Positions 39,070 to 48,870 of a stretch of DNA of 64,000 nucleotides are shown here, piece after piece. The position numbers and the translations under genes are program-made. Numbering within the stretch: position 1 is the stretch's first letter; each line of letters opens with the position of its first letter. Source of the stretch: Candidatus Altiarchaeota archaeon. Lineage in GTDB: Archaea; Altiarchaeota; Altiarchaeia; IMC4; SCGC-AAA252-I15. The stretch covers positions 1 to 64,000 of the forward strand of contig JBDRLL010000036.1 in the NCBI GenBank assembly GCA_043813075.1, given 5' to 3'. The notes under the pieces were generated by a model. The model saw nothing but the letters and a program-made list of their open reading frames with translations, made no database searches and was not told the DNA's origin.

Positions 39070-40569
39070 ATGGAACCCCCTGAAGCCAGACACATAGCCG
39101 GGATATACGTACTGCTGATAACCCTAATGGTCGCGTCATTCACCTACCCGCTGATAGCCGGCTCCATGATAACCTTCGACGCTGACGAGGCCAGCAAGGC
39201 GGTCATGGGGCTTGAGTTTGGGAGGGCTATGGAAGAGAGGGATATTGGGGATTTCATCTCAGCGACACAGGCTTCCGGCAGATACCTGTATCCGTTCGTG
39301 TATGCCTGGTGGACTGGATTGTTCTATAACCTCTTCGGTTTTAGCCTCGCAGTCTCGAGACTGACGAGCTGGACCATGCTGTTGTTCTGCGTGCCTGTGA
39401 CATACTGGATCGGCAGCATGATGGATGAAAGGAGGGGGTGGCTCGTAGGATCCGTTTCGGCGACGATGCTCCTAACCTCCCAGAAGATACTCCTTGTGGC
39501 GGGATTGTGCATGATAGAACTAACAGGACTCTTCTTCTCCCTCCTGACCATAGGAGCATACTTCAAGGCATTGAAGACAGGAAATAAAGCATGGTTCATT
39601 GGCGCCGGATTCTCAGCGGCCGTGACATTCTTCACTAAATACAATTTCGGGATGTACGTGATAGCCGCGATACTGTTGACGCAGGCGGCAAGGTATCTGA
39701 TCATATCCAGGAGGGAGGACAGCAGGACATTCTTGGGGGATACACTACTGTTTCTTATCCCCCTGTCCCTCTGCGCGATATGGCTCTACTTCTACTGGAT
39801 GGGTTTGTACAAGTTCCTCACCGCACAGCCGGTTAGGACCACACTATTGAGTTACGACAACATAATCTACTATCCGCGAGTCATATTCACGCAGTACACT
39901 GCATCACCAGTCATCTCGACAGTCATGCTAGTCTGCCTACTGCTTTCACTGAAGAGCCTGAGGAATCCGATGGTATTCTGCCTGACAGCATACTTCATCA
40001 TAGGTGTGGCCGCAATGTTCTTCAAACTGCAGAATGTCGTGCGATTCGTGCTGACCGTCGTTCCTGCGTTATACCTGTTGACAGGGCTTCAGGCGGCGCT
40101 ATTGTGCAGCAACAGGTCATATGGCAGGAAGCCGTTATACGCGATTGCGGTGGTAGTCTTGCTTTCAATCCCTGGGGTCATCGGCACTTTCGAAAGATAT
40201 CCCGGACTGTTGGACATGGAATACGAGGGACGGGCATCATTTTCGGAGATCCATGATTTTGTGGAGCCGCTGATAGCCAGTAACAAGCTGACGACCCTTG
40301 ACTGCGGTTGGGATCAGATGCCGCCAAAGGCTTTCAGATGGTACTGGTCGATAAGGAAGGGGTGGGATGTGAGGAGGATACGGGTGAGGTCCATGTGCAA
40401 GGATCCTCCGGAAGACATAGTGAAAGCGGATAGGCGGAGGGTTCCGGACAGTGAATACTACATAAGATTCAGGAAAACAGGATCCGGGGATAAGACACCG
40501 AGGGGATACGCTGTCATCAAGTCCACTGACATAGACGGGATACAGGTAACGGTTATGGGAAGGCGTTGA
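39070..40569 (+). CDS. GT-C (ArnT/PMT, GT39-like) glycosyltransferase
   Basis: FDADE first-loop motif, FFTKY, RF-x4-P, many TM helices. Confidence 0.75.
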   Translation: MEPPEARHIAGIYVLLITLMVASFTYPLIAGSMITFDADEASKAVMGLEFGRAMEERDIGDFISATQASGRYLYPFVYAWWTGLFYNLFGFSLAVSRLTSWTMLLFCVPVTYWIGSMMDERRGWLVGSVSATMLLTSQKILLVAGLCMIELTGLFFSLLTIGAYFKALKTGNKAWFIGAGFSAAVTFFTKYNFGMYVIAAILLTQAARYLIISRREDSRTFLGDTLLFLIPLSLCAIWLYFYWMGLYKFLTAQPVRTTLLSYDNIIYYPRVIFTQYTASPVISTVMLVCLLLSLKSLRNPMVFCLTAYFIIGVAAMFFKLQNVVRFVLTVVPALYLLTGLQAALLCSNRSYGRKPLYAIAVVVLLSIPGVIGTFERYPGLLDMEYEGRASFSEIHDFVEPLIASNKLTTLDCGWDQMPPKAFRWYWSIRKGWDVRRIRVRSMCKDPPEDIVKADRRRVPDSEYYIRFRKTGSGDKTPRGYAVIKSTDIDGIQVTVMGRR

Positions 40570-40577
40570 AAAAAGGG

Positions 40578-40964
40578 CTAGACCACTTCCCCCAGGCACA
40601 TCCAGTAGCAGCATTCATTTCTAGAACCGCCTTCTCCACTAGGATACCCGTTTATCTGACACCATAAGGAGATGTAGTTGGAACACGACATGTTGGAGGG
40701 TAGATCATCCTCAGCAGCATAATGCAGGTATGGCTCATCCATGGACACCCCAGCGCAAACGTGATCGTATTCCGAGAGGGTGGTTGAAGTCGGCGTGGGA
40801 GGTGTAACAACAACTGTTGAAGTGGTGGTGGATGCGGTTGCTGGGGAGGTGACGCTGGTTGACGTTGAGGATCCTATCGTGCTTGACGGAGTTTTAATGT
40901 TCTCCTGTAGGGGATCCAAGCACCCGCACATCATTACCAGCATTATTAGGATGATCTCCCTCAT
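40578..40964 (-). CDS. small lipoprotein
   Basis: MCGC lipobox, Ser/Thr linker, Cys module; start overlaps the upstream stop. Confidence 0.6.
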   Translation of the reverse strand: MREIILIMLVMMCGCLDPLQENIKTPSSTIGSSTSTSVTSPATASTTTSTVVVTPPTPTSTTLSEYDHVCAGVSMDEPYLHYAAEDDLPSNMSCSNYISLWCQINGYPSGEGGSRNECCYWMCLGEVV

Positions 40965-41746
40965 TTTAGCTTCTTGAAGGCCTGACGACAGTCCTTGTAG
41001 TACTGGGTGTTCTTACCCAGGAGGATGCACTTGTTGGGCAGCCCTATCTTTAACGCGACTTGGGTCACGCAATCAGCGTATTCCGGGGATCCCTTACCCA
41101 AACGAGCGCACCTACCAGCCTTTCCCGCGGATTTTGCGAGGCGGATTATGCACTCGCCGTACTTTGGAGTTCCTGCATAGAGATTGCATTTCACTTGGTC
41201 GTCGTTCTCGGACTTGTACACGCAGTCAGCATACTCGGGACTGTTCTTTGGTATCCTAGAGCATAATCCCCTGCTACCGAATTTCACTGCCAGCTGGGTG
41301 ATGCATTTAGCGTAATTTTTGGTTGTGACCCCCAGAGGAAGGCAGTCCTGCCGGTTGCCTGATGATAATGCCAGGGAGCTCGCGCACTCGATTATCAGTT
41401 TATTATCCGGGTCTATGAGAGAGCAGAGGTTGGCTTTTCGGGTGTAGTTGGCGACGGCAAGTATGCACTCGGCGTAAGACGGAGTGTGGAAGCCAAGATC
41501 GAAACACCTGCCAGTATCCCTGCCGCTAACAGCCTCTGAAATCACGGCATCAACGTCCTGACGGACTTTTGGCGAAGGCGATATTCTTTTCAGGGACTTG
41601 CTTATGAAAGAAGGGGTGCTGAGGGAGGGCATGCCATAGGACTCTATCCTTGACTGCGTGAAATCTGAGATTAGGACCATAAAATGATCCATGACCATGA
41701 GCACTATGATTCCTGCGATAAGGTAGTAGTAGTTTTTATGCATCAT
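40961..41746 (-). CDS. membrane-anchored Cys-repeat protein
   Basis: Repeats of Y-A-x-C-I-x2-LA...C. Confidence 0.7.
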   Translation of the reverse strand: MMHKNYYYLIAGIIVLMVMDHFMVLISDFTQSRIESYGMPSLSTPSFISKSLKRISPSPKVRQDVDAVISEAVSGRDTGRCFDLGFHTPSYAECILAVANYTRKANLCSLIDPDNKLIIECASSLALSSGNRQDCLPLGVTTKNYAKCITQLAVKFGSRGLCSRIPKNSPEYADCVYKSENDDQVKCNLYAGTPKYGECIIRLAKSAGKAGRCARLGKGSPEYADCVTQVALKIGLPNKCILLGKNTQYYKDCRQAFKKLK

Positions 41747-41796
41747 TCCAGGCGAAGTTAATAATAAGAATCAGTGAGTTAGTTTAAATATGTGTT

Positions 41797-43020
41797 TCAC
41801 TCACCCACCAGTTTAACGCCAGTGATTGTACTCAAGTCGCTGGTTAGCGCCCTCAAATCGTCTATATCAAGGTTGTGGACGTTCGTCAAGCCCGCCAGCT
41901 GGGTGAGCATCTTCAACTCCTTCAGTATTACGCTGACATAATTCACGAGATGCTGGTCAGCGTCCTTCATGAACTTCTCCCTGAGGACAGCATCCTGTGT
42001 TGTGATGCCCACCGGACACTTCCCGAGATGGCATTGCCTGCACATTATGCATCCCACACTAATCATCGCCGCAGTAGTCAGCTGTACGGCGTCAGCACCC
42101 AGCGCCATTGCCTTAGCTATGTCAGCGCCGCTCCTTATGCCACCGGAGACTATCAGGTCGACTTCGTCCCTGAGCTTCATGTCAAGTAACGCATTATGCG
42201 CCTGGACTAAAGCGGCTATTGTGGGTATCCCAGCATGCTCTATGCCGACCGCCGGCGCGGCTCCTGTGCCGCCCTGCATACCATCTATAGCAATGGCGTC
42301 GGCCCCCGCTTTGGCAGCTATCTTGACGTCGCTGGCAACCCTGCCTGGACTGAACTTGATGATGACAGGTATCCTCCAGTCGGTTACCTCCCTCAGCTGG
42401 TTTATCTTGAAAGAAAGGTCCTCAGGACCCACTATGTCCATGTGGCGGGCTGGGCTAAGTGCGTCGGTGCCCTCAGGTATCCCGCGTATCGCCGAGACTT
42501 CAGCAGTAACCTTCTCGCCCATCAGATGACCGCCCATGCCAGGCTTGGCGCCCTGCCCGATCTTTATCTCAATGGCGTCCGCGCTATTCAAGTACTTTGA
42601 AGACACGCCGAACCTGCCTGAAGCGTACTGTACTATCAGTTTGCTGGCGTACTTCCTCTCCTCAGGGAGCATACCCCCCTCGCCGGTGTTGACTGGTATG
42701 CCAAGCCTGCTGCATCCCTTAGCGAAAGCTATCTTAGCCTCCCGGCTCAACGCCCCGAAACTCATCGCACCGAGTATAACAGGAGAATCCATCTCCAACG
42801 GCCTTTCCGCGAAACGCCCGCCGATGACTGTCCTTGTCTCGCACGGCTCACGGTAGTTGTCTATGGGAGGGCGTGAAATCTGGGCTGGAAGGATCACAAG
42901 GTCGTCGAAGTGGGGTAGCGTGCGCTGAGACCCCATGCTGCGGACGATGTATTTGCCTGAAGCGGCCTTCGCCTTTATCTCGCTTATCGTATCCTTGCTC
43001 CACATCTCCATTGTAATCAC
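41797..43020 (-). CDS. glutamate synthase FMN-binding subunit (archaeal GltB2/GlxD type)
   Basis: AMSFGALS, NTGEGG, EIKIGQGAKPGMGGHL, GCIMCRQCHLGKCPVGITTQ. Confidence 0.92.
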   Translation of the reverse strand: MITMEMWSKDTISEIKAKAASGKYIVRSMGSQRTLPHFDDLVILPAQISRPPIDNYREPCETRTVIGGRFAERPLEMDSPVILGAMSFGALSREAKIAFAKGCSRLGIPVNTGEGGMLPEERKYASKLIVQYASGRFGVSSKYLNSADAIEIKIGQGAKPGMGGHLMGEKVTAEVSAIRGIPEGTDALSPARHMDIVGPEDLSFKINQLREVTDWRIPVIIKFSPGRVASDVKIAAKAGADAIAIDGMQGGTGAAPAVGIEHAGIPTIAALVQAHNALLDMKLRDEVDLIVSGGIRSGADIAKAMALGADAVQLTTAAMISVGCIMCRQCHLGKCPVGITTQDAVLREKFMKDADQHLVNYVSVILKELKMLTQLAGLTNVHNLDIDDLRALTSDLSTITGVKLVGE

Positions 43021-43679
43021 CCGTAGAACGGCCTCCCAGTCTTTGGCGTTATCTTCCTGAACGATTCTGGGCTTGCTTTGACTGATTTTTCCTTGAATAA
43101 TTTTCTCAGCTCGCCCACCTCGCTGTCGGTTAACTCGCCGACAGCAGTGTTCTTGCCGAGGCTCTTGACGTTTCCAGCGAAGTATATTACGCCACCGATT
43201 ATGGATTCGCCAGTGCTCTCCCCAAGGTCGCCCAACACGATTATCCTGCCGCCCATCATGTAGAGGCCGGTCATGAAGCCGGCGTCACCGCCGACGATGA
43301 TTGTCCCGTTCTTCATTATCTGCCCTGTCCTGGAGTTGACGTTCCCGTGCACGTGTACAATACCCCCATAGAGGCCTTGGCCTGCACCGTCCCCGCCGTC
43401 CTTCGTGATTATGAATTCTCCGCCAGTCATGTTGTCCGCAGGATACCATCCACAGCGGCCGTTGACCGTCATCCTGACGTCGTCTATCATGGAACCCGCG
43501 TAGTAGCCCAAGTCCCCGTCGACATTCAATTCTATTTTACCTGTTAATCCCGCTGCCAGGAAGTTTATGGAATGGGGGTTCACGATACGGAGCCTCTTAT
43601 GGCTCTTGGACTCCTCCTTTATCAGCCTGTTGGCTTCCCTGGGCGTCAAGCCCTCCAGGTCCAGCATAAGCTCCTTCAT
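43017..43679 (-). CDS. glutamate synthase GXGXG-domain subunit (GltB3/GlxC type)
   Basis: Gly-rich beta-helix repeats; translationally coupled to its neighbours. Confidence 0.88.
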   Translation of the reverse strand: MKELMLDLEGLTPREANRLIKEESKSHKRLRIVNPHSINFLAAGLTGKIELNVDGDLGYYAGSMIDDVRMTVNGRCGWYPADNMTGGEFIITKDGGDGAGQGLYGGIVHVHGNVNSRTGQIMKNGTIIVGGDAGFMTGLYMMGGRIIVLGDLGESTGESIIGGVIYFAGNVKSLGKNTAVGELTDSEVGELRKLFKEKSVKASPESFRKITPKTGRPFYG

Positions 43680-44563
43680 CGCTTCACCTTGAAAACCCTG
43701 TATTCCCCCTCAGACAGCACGTCGAACGGGCCGTCCGGGGCTATCGACTCCAACGCCACCTTCTCTGAGGCTGCGGCAAGCATGTCTTTTGACTCATATA
43801 TTATGCCTGGACGAAGCGCGAGCTTGTCTTTCACCACGCCTATCCCCTCCTGAGTTGCGATTATGTATGTGAAAGGCCCGTCCATGTCCCTGACGGAATC
43901 CTCGAGAGCCTCCTCAAGGGGGTAACCGTCCTTAAGCTTGTCTGCTATGTAGTGCACTATGACTTCAGTGTCATTGTCTGTGCTGAACGAGTGGCCCTTC
44001 GCCTCAAGCCTGTGGCGCAGGCGTATGCAGTTGGTTATCTGACCGTTGTGGACCACAGTTATGTCAGGGTATAGTGAACTCTGGAATGGGTGGGCGTGGT
44101 ATCTGTCAACGCAGCTTTCCGTGCTGAACCGGGTGTGGCCCAGGCCATGGCTCCCCTTCTTGCCGCTTATGTTGAACTTCAAGTCCATGTCCTTCACAAG
44201 ACCGATGTCTTTTATCATCTCGAACTTGCCTGCGCCGAGTACGTTGACTCCCTGAATGTGGTTCAGGTTCTCGACGATGCTTTTAACGTGGTCGTATGAG
44301 CTGGAGAATATCTTGTATCGCCTAACCTCCTTTGAGAGCTGCTCTTGCTCCTTGATTTCAGCGGTTATCGCACGGTATATCTCCTCAGTGCTTTCAACAG
44401 CCTCCACTGTGATGAGGTACTCGTTCTCGTCCAGGTCTGTGCCACCGTATATCGCGAAGCCTCCGCTATCCACACCCCGGTACTGCAGGGCTTTGGCCAT
44501 CGCAACCAGCTTTGCGCCTATGCCGTTCGGCTCCTTGAATGCTGCTCCCACTATGCCGCACAT
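43676..44563 (-). CDS. class II glutamine amidotransferase subunit (GltB1/GlxB type)
   Basis: N-terminal MCGIVG, GHTRFST, HNGQITN, NDTE. Confidence 0.9.
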   Translation of the reverse strand: MCGIVGAAFKEPNGIGAKLVAMAKALQYRGVDSGGFAIYGGTDLDENEYLITVEAVESTEEIYRAITAEIKEQEQLSKEVRRYKIFSSSYDHVKSIVENLNHIQGVNVLGAGKFEMIKDIGLVKDMDLKFNISGKKGSHGLGHTRFSTESCVDRYHAHPFQSSLYPDITVVHNGQITNCIRLRHRLEAKGHSFSTDNDTEVIVHYIADKLKDGYPLEEALEDSVRDMDGPFTYIIATQEGIGVVKDKLALRPGIIYESKDMLAAASEKVALESIAPDGPFDVLSEGEYRVFKVKR

Positions 44564-44651
44564 TTTAGTACCATCAAGTCATGCTTTAACCATTTGCTAA
44601 GCGGGTTCACACGCCTTCCTGTAAGTAAATGGAAGGCAAGTATAAAAACAG

Positions 44652-44672
44652 ATGGTTTATAGTAAAAACCAT
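44652..44672. promoter_or_regulatory. palindromic operator candidate upstream of the glutamate synthase operon
   Basis: ATGGTTT-N7-AAACCAT; a related TGGT-N9-ACCA follows. Confidence 0.4.
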
Positions 44673-44750
44673 AAAAGTTTAATAATGGTAAAATATAAAC
44701 CAAATTTTAACCAGGTAGTGTATAATTTGTTTAAAAAATAAACAGTAAGC

Positions 44751-45395
44751 CTAATTACCTGCCTCGGGATAGGGTTTGAGGCAGAACTCCATTATGCACT
44801 TGGACTTCTTGGCTATCCGCAAAAGGTTTCTCGAAACAAGAATCAACCCCACAGCCCGATGCACTGGAAGATCACTCCCGTCCACTTCATAGATAATGCG
44901 CTCGTAAACCTTTTTCACTTCCTCATACTGACCCAAAACCCTCTCCGCAGTCTTCTCATCGCATGTATCCAACGCCACAGACACACTCTTTAACATGCTG
45001 TGGGCAAGGCTCTTCTCCTCCCTGAGCATATCTGAGAAAGAATCATCAGCCATGCAGGGATACTTTATCGCCGAGTCCGCCATGAAGCATATGTGGTCCG
45101 CCATGCGCTCAAACTGGTTCGCGCTGTCTATGAGAATCAATGACAGTGGAACATTCCCTCCTGCAGGCATGCTCTCAAGGTAGGTGAGCACTTCCTCACG
45201 CACCTTGACCTCGAGATCATCAATCCTCTCGTCCTTACCCAATACCATATGCGCCTTCTCAACATCCTTGCCCTCCAACGCATCCCAGGCAAAGTCGAAC
45301 ATCTCCAAGCACTCCTTGTGCATCTCCTTCACATCATTCAGGGAATCAACCAGTATATGGGCCTTCCCCAGCAGACCCAACAGGCTAAGAGTCAT
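44751..45395 (-). CDS. phoU: phosphate uptake regulator PhoU-family protein
   Basis: DERIDDLE and FERMADH motifs, duplicated helical fold; next to the Na/Pi symporter. Confidence 0.8.
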   Translation of the reverse strand: MTLSLLGLLGKAHILVDSLNDVKEMHKECLEMFDFAWDALEGKDVEKAHMVLGKDERIDDLEVKVREEVLTYLESMPAGGNVPLSLILIDSANQFERMADHICFMADSAIKYPCMADDSFSDMLREEKSLAHSMLKSVSVALDTCDEKTAERVLGQYEEVKKVYERIIYEVDGSDLPVHRAVGLILVSRNLLRIAKKSKCIMEFCLKPYPEAGN

Positions 45396-45419
45396 CGCTA
45401 AAACACCTCACGCTTTAAT

Positions 45420-46571
45420 TTATGTAACATACACGACGATTAAAGGAATTATGAAGAATAGGAGGAGGGTATATACTACTAGTGATAGCGTTGCATTCCT
45501 AGATGAGAGTATAAAGGCACTAATCCTTTCAGTGATAACCAATGGTATCCCACTCAAGCGCGGTACCCCAAACCACAATAGAACGGAAAAAACATTCAAC
45601 AATACATGGACCAGGCCGACTTGGAGGCCCATAACCCCGAATTTCAGGTACGATGCTATCTGGCCGGGGTCTATGGTAGTCCCAATATTGCATCCAAGCA
45701 GATAGGGATAAGTCTCACGGAGGCTTATCCTTCCGGAGGCGGCAAACGGTATCGCAAGAGATGTGGCAACACTCGAACTCTGGAGTATTGACGCGAATGA
45801 AGTGCCGATTACAAGCCCCCGACCCTTCGTCTTGAATGCGAGATGGACGTAGCGTGAAGCCTTACCCTTCAGGGCGGATTCAGCCGCATTGCCCATGACC
45901 TCAAGACCGAGTATGAGGACCATGAAGGATAACACACCCATCGCCAGCGCAGCATGGCTGCTTGATGATAAAAGACCTGAGACGACATGCTCGACGGGGA
46001 CCAGAACAGGGTCAACAACAATATCCAAAAAATCGGGGAAACCCCCGAGAAAGTAGTTTAACACAGGTAAGCCAGCCATCAGACCGGCAAGCCGAACAGC
46101 CAGCGAGCTTAGAAAACCGGTGTTATACTCGATGATGAAGAAGAAAAAGACAGACAAAGTCTTCACCACATCATTTAGAAGAGCTACCGGCACTGCCTTG
46201 GAGAACTCCCGTTTCCGCATCGCATAACCGAGAGTGACTATCACGCACGTGACGGTGGTCCCGATGTTGGCGCCCATTATCAAGGGCACTGCCTGCGTGA
46301 CAGTCATGCCGCCGGCCGCGACGGTCGCGATGGTGACTGCGACAACACCGCTGGAGCTCTGGACGAGGGCGGTCGCGATGATGCCGAGACACAATCCTGA
46401 GAGGGGGTTGCCAGTCATCCTTGAGATGTAGGACTTGGCGAGACCTTCCTTACCATCCACTGCGAAAGCCATGCCCCACGCATGCTTGAGGCCGGATAGG
46501 GACCATACGAACAAATACATTCCGAGAAACAGTAGTATGATGTTCCAGTGACCAGCCCTCACCCCAGACAT
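45420..46571 (-). CDS. Na+/phosphate symporter (NptA/SLC34 family)
   Basis: Two QSSS motifs, GANIGTT and GCNIGTT. Confidence 0.88.
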   Translation of the reverse strand: MSGVRAGHWNIILLFLGMYLFVWSLSGLKHAWGMAFAVDGKEGLAKSYISRMTGNPLSGLCLGIIATALVQSSSGVVAVTIATVAAGGMTVTQAVPLIMGANIGTTVTCVIVTLGYAMRKREFSKAVPVALLNDVVKTLSVFFFFIIEYNTGFLSSLAVRLAGLMAGLPVLNYFLGGFPDFLDIVVDPVLVPVEHVVSGLLSSSSHAALAMGVLSFMVLILGLEVMGNAAESALKGKASRYVHLAFKTKGRGLVIGTSFASILQSSSVATSLAIPFAASGRISLRETYPYLLGCNIGTTIDPGQIASYLKFGVMGLQVGLVHVLLNVFSVLLWFGVPRLSGIPLVITERISAFILSSRNATLSLVVYTLLLFFIIPLIVVYVT

Positions 46572-46603
46572 GATGTAATTAATCTGTTATGGGGGAATAA
46601 ATG

Positions 46604-47986
46604 TCAGACCCTATGGATGCTGCCGTAAAGGCGGTTGGCTTCAGCGTCCATGAACCTGGCTGTTCGGACGACAAAATCACCCACCGAGCCGTGCCCGCCC
46701 CGCACGTTAGCGGCCTCCCATTCGGGCACGTACTCCCCGATATTCGCCATATAGCGGCCGTGGGGCAGTGGTATTCCGACGTCTATGCCCTTAGACCTCG
46801 CGTAGTCTGCGGTATGCCGTATGAAGGCGAGAATAATGTTGCCGGGTATGCCCCGCGGGTCGTTGAACCTCAAGTCAGATACTGCATCAGCTATCGCAAG
46901 GTTCTCTCTTGTCACACGCAGTTCATCGTCAGGATAGACGTGCTTTCTCCTGGACAGCAACTCCAGGACGTTATATTCAAAACCCGAGTGGGCGCGAGTC
47001 AGCGCGTCAACGTCGATATGGAACAACAGATGGGTTATTGGAACCATCTTCTTGACCAGAAGGCCCTTGTTTACGTCAGCCATCCTGTCGACAATTCGCC
47101 TGCCGACTGCAAACAATTTCTCAGGATTAATGGAATCACCGTCATAATACTGTCGGTCCGTGTCAATACTCAGGCGGCCAGCCTGATATAGTGCGGAACG
47201 CGTGTCGCTACTCTTCCAATCCTCGTCGGAAGGCACCCCAACAACACCCGCAAACTCGACGGTCCGCCGGGTGCTGAGCACGTTGCCCAAGTAGTCCTTC
47301 TCCATCCTCCCTAAAGCGACTGCGAGAGCATTAGCCTTGCAGACGTCACTGCAAGCGAACGCATCCACGTGAGTGTCAAGCACGATGAGGCCGATGCCAT
47401 ACTCCCGGCCGTCGGCCTTCTCCCTGTCGTCCAATAGCAGTCTGGCAGCATCCATTGACGGGACCAGCGTCATGTCGGTGTCTGAGAGGAGGGTGACGTT
47501 CCCAGTGCAACCAGTAAGGAAGTCTGCGACACTCCTGCCAGGCTCCCACCTGCGGCTGAACATGCCATGATGGGCGTCAGTACGCAATTCCTCTGCAGTG
47601 ATGGGACTCCTCCCAGGAAGGGCTTCCGCAACCCGGACGCCATCAGGATCGCCTAATACACCGGTTATCTGAGTGAATCTCGTGTCTGCGGTATGCCTCC
47701 TGAGGCGGCGAATCATGTCCTCGCCATGACGGTCCAGATAGCGCTTCAAACGCCTCCCCAACTCCACCCTACCCCTATCGAACTCAGTCTCAGCGGGAGT
47801 GTCGATTAGGAGTGGGACGACCTCGCCCCGTAAGGCATCCAGATTAGCTAGCTTACGCTCCAAATCCCCTGGAGTGGGGAATCTCTCGGGATTATCAGGA
47901 TATACGCCGATTACCGCAGTACGTGGATAGGGTTTTGAGGGGTTGAGGGAAGGCCGGACAGAACCCTCACGCTTCTCATGCTGCAT
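46604..47986 (-). CDS. hypothetical protein with arginase/ureohydrolase-like metal motifs
   Basis: LIVLDTHVD (DxHxD) and FHIDVDAL (DxD). Confidence 0.55.
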   Translation of the reverse strand: MQHEKREGSVRPSLNPSKPYPRTAVIGVYPDNPERFPTPGDLERKLANLDALRGEVVPLLIDTPAETEFDRGRVELGRRLKRYLDRHGEDMIRRLRRHTADTRFTQITGVLGDPDGVRVAEALPGRSPITAEELRTDAHHGMFSRRWEPGRSVADFLTGCTGNVTLLSDTDMTLVPSMDAARLLLDDREKADGREYGIGLIVLDTHVDAFACSDVCKANALAVALGRMEKDYLGNVLSTRRTVEFAGVVGVPSDEDWKSSDTRSALYQAGRLSIDTDRQYYDGDSINPEKLFAVGRRIVDRMADVNKGLLVKKMVPITHLLFHIDVDALTRAHSGFEYNVLELLSRRKHVYPDDELRVTRENLAIADAVSDLRFNDPRGIPGNIILAFIRHTADYARSKGIDVGIPLPHGRYMANIGEYVPEWEAANVRGGHGSVGDFVVRTARFMDAEANRLYGSIHRV

Positions 47987-48021
47987 AGAATAAGAATAGG
48001 AAGGACATGGGAAAAAATGGT

Positions 48022-48432
48022 TTACCTTCCTTCTGGAGAAGTCTTCAGCATCATCAACACGAATATCGTCACTATGAGGCCATAAGCTATCAGAACGAAA
48101 TGGGTTGGAACATATGTGCCTGCAAACATTATGACGCCCAGGATGAGGGCTATTATGCCGGTGGAAAACAGTATCGCCTCCACAATAGTCCTGAAGAACG
48201 CCTTCTTCGCCTCGTACGCGGTGTTTATCGCCTCCCTGCGGAATTCCTCGAGTTTTTTCTCGGTATCCTCCCTCAAACCCTCTATCCGCTCCTCCACCTG
48301 ATACTTGTGCATCAAGTATCCTTGGAACAGGTCTCCCACAGACTCTATGATGCTGAACACCCCGCCAAAGGGTATGTCACCCAGGGATAAGCCGGAGTTG
48401 TCCGGCTTATCTGACTTCTTTTTACGAGCCAT
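48022..48432 (-). CDS. membrane protein (YqjE-like)
   Basis: Coiled N-terminal region plus two TM helices; abuts the DUF883-like gene. Confidence 0.55.
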   Translation of the reverse strand: MARKKKSDKPDNSGLSLGDIPFGGVFSIIESVGDLFQGYLMHKYQVEERIEGLREDTEKKLEEFRREAINTAYEAKKAFFRTIVEAILFSTGIIALILGVIMFAGTYVPTHFVLIAYGLIVTIFVLMMLKTSPEGR

Positions 48433-48837
48433 CTACTTCTTCCTTCTGATTAGACTGACAGCTATCGCACCCAAGACTGTGCCGACAGCAGCCGCTGCGG
48501 CGGCTGAAGCCTCAGGATTCTTGCGGACAGTCTTCTTTATCTTGGTTTCAGCCATGCGGACCTCCCGCTTGATAGCCTTCTCGCAGACCGCCTTCTCCTT
48601 CTTCCAGTCCTTACCGGAAGCCTCTACAGTCGCCCTGCAGTTCTCGATAAGCTTCTTCTCCAACGCATCCAGCTTGGCCTTAATCTTCTTCTCATGGGCC
48701 ATCACGTTCTTACCAGCCTTCTTCACGGCTGCGACAGCCTTCTTCTTTGATGATTTCACAGTAGACTTCTTAGATACCTTCTTCTTAGTAGACTTCTTAG
48801 ATACCTTCTTCTTCACAGACTTCTTCTTGGCAGCCAT
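48433..48837 (-). CDS. Lys-rich protein with DUF883/YqjD-like C-terminal anchor
   Basis: KKKVSKKST repeats; VRKNPEASAAAAAAVGTVLG...RRKK. Confidence 0.65.
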   Translation of the reverse strand: MAAKKKSVKKKVSKKSTKKKVSKKSTVKSSKKKAVAAVKKAGKNVMAHEKKIKAKLDALEKKLIENCRATVEASGKDWKKEKAVCEKAIKREVRMAETKIKKTVRKNPEASAAAAAAVGTVLGAIAVSLIRRKK

Positions 48838-48870
48838 GTGATCACCTCAAAAAATAATTTGTCGTACTTG

